From an uncultured Acidobacteriota bacterium (GTDB taxonomy: Bacteria > Acidobacteriota > Thermoanaerobaculia > Gp7-AA8): a stretch of DNA of 64,000 nt. Numbering within the stretch: the stretch's first letter is position 1; every line of letters begins with the position of its first letter. The stretch spans positions 320,001 to 384,000 of the forward strand of contig CAVUKB010000006.1 of assembly GCA_963741955.1 (NCBI GenBank). Reading direction: 5' to 3'. Shown piece after piece: positions 60,116 to 64,000 of the stretch. The notes under the pieces were generated by a model that saw only the letters and a list, made by a program, of their open reading frames with translations, had not been told where the DNA came from and searched no databases. Position numbers and translations under genes: made by a program.

Positions 60116-62749
60116 ATGGCATCCCGCGGCAGACTCTTCCTCATCGACGGCTCGTCGAATATCTACCGGTCGTACTACGCGATCCGTGGGCTGACCAATT
60201 CGTCCGGCATGTCGACCAACGCGGTCTACGGCTTCATCCAGATTCTGCGTAAGCTCCTCAAGGACCAGAAGCCGGACGCGATCGCGGTCGCATTCGACGT
60301 GAGCGGTCCGACGTTCCGCCATAAGCAGTTCGAGGACTACAAGAAGGACCGAAAGCCGATGCCGGACGATCTGTCGATCCAGATCCCGTTCATCCGGGAA
60401 GTCTGCGAAGGATTTCGTATCCCCATTCTCGAGATTCCGGAGTACGAGGCCGACGATGTAATCGGCTCGGTCGCCTGCCGCGCTCGCGACGCGGGGTTCC
60501 AGGTCGTGATCGCGACTGCAGACAAGGATTTCTTCCAGCTCGTCGGCGACGGCATCCAGATGTACCACACCGGGCGGGACACTCTTTACGACGCTCCCGG
60601 CGCCACCGAAGCGTTCGGTGTCGCACCGGCCCTCGTGCCCGACGTGATGGGGATCTGGGGCGATGCCATCGACGGGATTCCCGGAGTCCCCGGGATCGGC
60701 GAGAAGGGGGCGAAAGCGCTGATCGGCGAATTCGGCTCGCTCGATGCGATCTACGAGCATCTCGACGACGTGAAGAAGGCCTCGCAGCGAAACAAGCTCG
60801 AGGAGTTCCGCGATCAGGCTTTCCTCTCCCGCGATCTCGCGCGGATTCGTTGCGATCTCGATGTCGGCGTGGAGCTCGAATCGTTTTTTCTGGAAGAGCC
60901 CGATCGCGAGCGGCTCCACCAGCTTTTCTCGAAGCTCGAGTTCCAGTCGCTGATGCAGGAGTTCCTGCCGCAGGCGGAACCGCTCACGCGCGACTACCGC
61001 GCCATCGGCGGCGCCGCGGATCTCGCTCAGTTCCTGAGCGGCGACGCTCCGCTCGCAATCCATTTCCAGTCCGACCCGGAGGGAGCCGGACAGCCGGTGG
61101 GAGTCGCGCTCTCGTCCAAGCCTGGTGAGGCCGTTGTCGTTCCTCTGGCCGACCACCTCGGCGGGAGCGACGAGACGCGCGCCGCGATTCGGAAACTCGT
61201 CGAATCGGAGCGCACTCTCGTCGCCCACGACATGAAGCTGGAGATGCGACGGCTGCTCGACGCCGGATGGCCCCTCCCGCGACGATTCGAAGACACCATG
61301 ATGATCTCGTACGTCCTCAACCCCGGTGCCTACGCGCACGCGCTGGAGAACGTTGCGAGGGAGCGGCTCAAACGCGACGTCACCACATGGAAGGAGCTTC
61401 TCGCCCGGGTCGAGAAACTCGACCTCGGGGAAGAGTGCTGCCGCTACATCGGTGAGAAGTCGGACCTCGTCTTCGAGCTCTGGGAGTCGCTCTCGAAGGA
61501 GATGGAAGCGGAGCCTGCGCTCCGGAAGATCTACGAAGAGATCGAGATCCCGCTCATTCCGATTCTGGGAAAGATGGAGCACCGCGGGATCCGGATCGAC
61601 ACGACCCTCCTGGGGGAGATGTCCGAGACGATGGGAGGGCAGATCGCGGAGCTCGAGGAACGGATCTACAAGGAAGCGGGACAGACGTTCAACATCAACT
61701 CCCCCGCACAGCTCGGGACCATCCTCTTCGAGAAGCTCCAGTATCCGGTTCTGAAGAAGACCCAGAAGACGAAAAGCTATTCGACCGGCGTAGAGGTCCT
61801 TCGGGAGCTCGCCAGTCACGGCTATGCGGTGCCGCAGTTGATCCTCGAGCACCGCGAGCTCCACAAGCTGAAGTCGACCTACGTCGACGCGCTCCCGCAG
61901 CTCGTCGCGCCGGACGGCCGCGTGCACACGTCGTTCAACCAGGCCGTCGCCGCGACAGGGCGGCTCTCGTCATCCGATCCCAATCTGCAGAACATTCCGG
62001 TCCGGACCGCACAAGGGCGGGAGATCCGGCGCGCATTCATCGCGGAGCCGGGAAATGTTCTCATCGCCGCCGATTACTCGCAGATCGAGCTGCGGATTCT
62101 CGCGCACATGACCGGAGACGCCGATCTGATCGAGACGTTCGCTCGCGGAGCCGACATCCACCGCACCACCGCTGCGCGGATCTTCGGGATGGGCGAGGAC
62201 GAGGTCTCATCCGAGCAGCGGCGGGCGGCGAAGACGATCAACTTCGGTGTGCTCTATGGAATGTCGGCATTCCGCCTCTCGCAGGAGCTCGGCATCTCGG
62301 GAGCGGAGGCGAAGGAGTTCATCGAGTCCTACTTCGCACGGTTCCCCACCATCCGCTCGTATCTGGATGCGACTCTCGAGGAAGCCCGGCAGAGCGGGAA
62401 GGTGACCACGCTCTTCGGCCGTGTCCGTTACATTCCGGAGATCCACAACCGCTCATGGACCGTTCGGGGCAACGCCGAACGGATGGCCACGAACGCGCCG
62501 ATCCAGGGAACGGCAGCGGACTTGCTCAAGCTCGCGATGATCGCGCTCGACCGGAGACTCGAGAAGGAGATGCCGCGTGCAGAGATGCTGCTCACGGTCC
62601 ACGACGAGATCGTGCTCGAAGCTCCGGAGAGAGAAGCGGACGAGGTAGCGCGGCTCGTCCAGTCGACCATGGAAGGAGTCTATCCGCTGGCAGTTCCGCT
62701 CGCGGTGGAGACACGGTGGGGTAGAAGTTGGTTCGAAGCAAAAGGCTGA
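60116..62749 (+). CDS. polA: DNA polymerase I
   Basis: LIDGSS..YRSYYA, EADDVIG, ATGRLSSSDPNLQNIP, DYSQIELR, KTINFGVLYG, VHDE. Confidence 0.98.
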   Translation: MASRGRLFLIDGSSNIYRSYYAIRGLTNSSGMSTNAVYGFIQILRKLLKDQKPDAIAVAFDVSGPTFRHKQFEDYKKDRKPMPDDLSIQIPFIREVCEGFRIPILEIPEYEADDVIGSVACRARDAGFQVVIATADKDFFQLVGDGIQMYHTGRDTLYDAPGATEAFGVAPALVPDVMGIWGDAIDGIPGVPGIGEKGAKALIGEFGSLDAIYEHLDDVKKASQRNKLEEFRDQAFLSRDLARIRCDLDVGVELESFFLEEPDRERLHQLFSKLEFQSLMQEFLPQAEPLTRDYRAIGGAADLAQFLSGDAPLAIHFQSDPEGAGQPVGVALSSKPGEAVVVPLADHLGGSDETRAAIRKLVESERTLVAHDMKLEMRRLLDAGWPLPRRFEDTMMISYVLNPGAYAHALENVARERLKRDVTTWKELLARVEKLDLGEECCRYIGEKSDLVFELWESLSKEMEAEPALRKIYEEIEIPLIPILGKMEHRGIRIDTTLLGEMSETMGGQIAELEERIYKEAGQTFNINSPAQLGTILFEKLQYPVLKKTQKTKSYSTGVEVLRELASHGYAVPQLILEHRELHKLKSTYVDALPQLVAPDGRVHTSFNQAVAATGRLSSSDPNLQNIPVRTAQGREIRRAFIAEPGNVLIAADYSQIELRILAHMTGDADLIETFARGADIHRTTAARIFGMGEDEVSSEQRRAAKTINFGVLYGMSAFRLSQELGISGAEAKEFIESYFARFPTIRSYLDATLEEARQSGKVTTLFGRVRYIPEIHNRSWTVRGNAERMATNAPIQGTAADLLKLAMIALDRRLEKEMPRAEMLLTVHDEIVLEAPEREADEVARLVQSTMEGVYPLAVPLAVETRWGRSWFEAKG

Positions 62750-63561
62750 GGCGGGTCATCGCGTTGGGGGCGGCATTCCTCGCGATCGCCTGCAGCCGTC
62801 CCGTCTCGCAGCCGTCCGCCGCCCGGAGCGGCGGGCCGAAAGTCAAAGCGAGAGTCCTGACCATCCGGATGACCACCGAGCCCGAGAAGCAGGACCTGAC
62901 CTACGAGATCATGGCCTGGAACGGGAAGGTCCGGCTCGGAAACGAGAAGGACCGGTGGCGCCTGATCGATCTGCAGGACCAGAGCGTCCTCTTCGTCGAC
63001 GACGTCGCGCAGATCTGGTGGCGGGAGTCGCTCGACGTTCTGAAGCGCGAGAAGAAACGCCAGTGGGATCGCCCCCTCCCGGCCGGAATCCCGCGAGCTC
63101 GAATCGCAGCGACTGCGCAGAAGCGGAGGATCGGTGGAGTGGATGCGACCCAGTACGTGATCCGCGCCGGCGGGTACGTTCGATCCCTCTGGCTCTCGGA
63201 TGATCCGTTGCTGGGATCGGGCTTCTTTCCGCTGCTGATCGCATCCGATCCAGTATCGCCGTCATACGCCGGAGTGATGCGGGACGCGGGATCCGGACTG
63301 ATCGGGCTTCACGGGTTTCCGGTACTCGACGAGACCGAGCTCCCATGGAAGGGTCAGGTCTTGAAAATTCGGAACGAGCTGACGTCGGTGACGGAGAAGG
63401 ACGTTCCGGAGGAGCTCTTCACCATTCCGGCGAACTACCGCGAGCACGGAACGGTCACAGGATCTGCCGCCGGTCGCCCTCCCGGCGAGTCACTCCCAGC
63501 CGGTCGAAATGCTCCAGCAACGGGATCACGATCTTCCGCGAAAGACCGAAGAAATCCTTGA
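62728..63561 (+). CDS. Hypothetical lipoprotein
   Basis: Lipobox LAIAC; ELFTIPANYRE near the C-terminus; both ends overlap neighbours, so boundaries are uncertain. Confidence 0.6.
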   Translation: MVRSKRLRRVIALGAAFLAIACSRPVSQPSAARSGGPKVKARVLTIRMTTEPEKQDLTYEIMAWNGKVRLGNEKDRWRLIDLQDQSVLFVDDVAQIWWRESLDVLKREKKRQWDRPLPAGIPRARIAATAQKRRIGGVDATQYVIRAGGYVRSLWLSDDPLLGSGFFPLLIASDPVSPSYAGVMRDAGSGLIGLHGFPVLDETELPWKGQVLKIRNELTSVTEKDVPEELFTIPANYREHGTVTGSAAGRPPGESLPAGRNAPATGSRSSAKDRRNP

Positions 63562-64000
63562 ACCAGGCCACGTCCGCAGTCTCGCCGCCGTGAGACTCGA
63601 CACGAGCCCGCGCATCTGCGACGACCTCTTTGTGGAGATAGATTCCTTCCGCGAGGCGCACCAGCACCCCGGTCTTCACCAGGTATCCGATCACTCCCTC
63701 GATGACCTTCGGTTTCTGTGCGATGGTCTGGATCAGTTGCGAGACCGGCGGCGGCTGAAGTCCCGCCACCCGGAACCGCTCCTCGATCGTCCTGGCCAGA
63801 TCACCTTCCACACCGCTGAGCCGTTTCGAGCGCCCCGGAACGTCGACCAGATCGCCGGCGAGCGTGGCGATCTTTTCCTCCTCCAGATCGCGGAGGAGGA
63901 ATTCCGCTACGGCCGGCTCGATGGAGGGAGGCATCAGTTTCTGGAGGAATTCGCTCTTCGGCACTCCGAGTGCCATTCGGTTGCGGTTGAAGTAGTCGGA
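63455..64000 (-). CDS. selB: Selenocysteine-specific elongation factor, C-terminal winged-helix domains (partial)
   Basis: FKDFFGLSRKIVIPLLEHFDRLGVTRREGDRR is the SelB mRNA-binding C-terminus; the gene starts beyond the window. Confidence 0.85.
   Translation of the reverse strand, partial: SDYFNRNRMALGVPKSEFLQKLMPPSIEPAVAEFLLRDLEEEKIATLAGDLVDVPGRSKRLSGVEGDLARTIEERFRVAGLQPPPVSQLIQTIAQKPKVIEGVIGYLVKTGVLVRLAEGIYLHKEVVADARARVESHGGETADVAWFKDFFGLSRKIVIPLLEHFDRLGVTRREGDRRQIL

Overview
GC-rich bacterial chromosome segment. The tandem Acidobacteria-type VWA proteins and overall gene content suggest Acidobacteriota, possibly Thermoanaerobaculia (inference). The backbone is housekeeping: gcvT-H-PA-PB, prmC, icd, nfo, argF, moaD/E, polA and the selB 3' end. 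It also carries a PAS/GAF kinase with a NarL-type regulator, an ECF sigma/anti-sigma operon, and a class GN sortase with its LPxTA target and a ChvIG/PdsRS-like two-component pair. The main accessory feature is a two-unit tandem array at about 22.7-36.2 kb. Each unit reads [gcvPB 3' end]-[secreted partner protein]-[S8 protease]-[stand-alone AraC HTH]-[FkbO/Hyg5 chorismatase 5' part]. The AraC/hyg5 arms are nearly identical between units, whereas the protease/partner pairs are highly divergent alleles. Unit 1 is inactivated by ISL3, IS1634, IS21 and a nonsense codon. Other notable structure: an ompW-like gene split by four stacked elements at one TA site, two heptamer-repeat hairpins, a 204-bp palindromic tandem repeat, two candidate structured ncRNAs and several apparent leaderless promoters. 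No CRISPR array, tRNA, rRNA, integrase or reverse transcriptase was seen.
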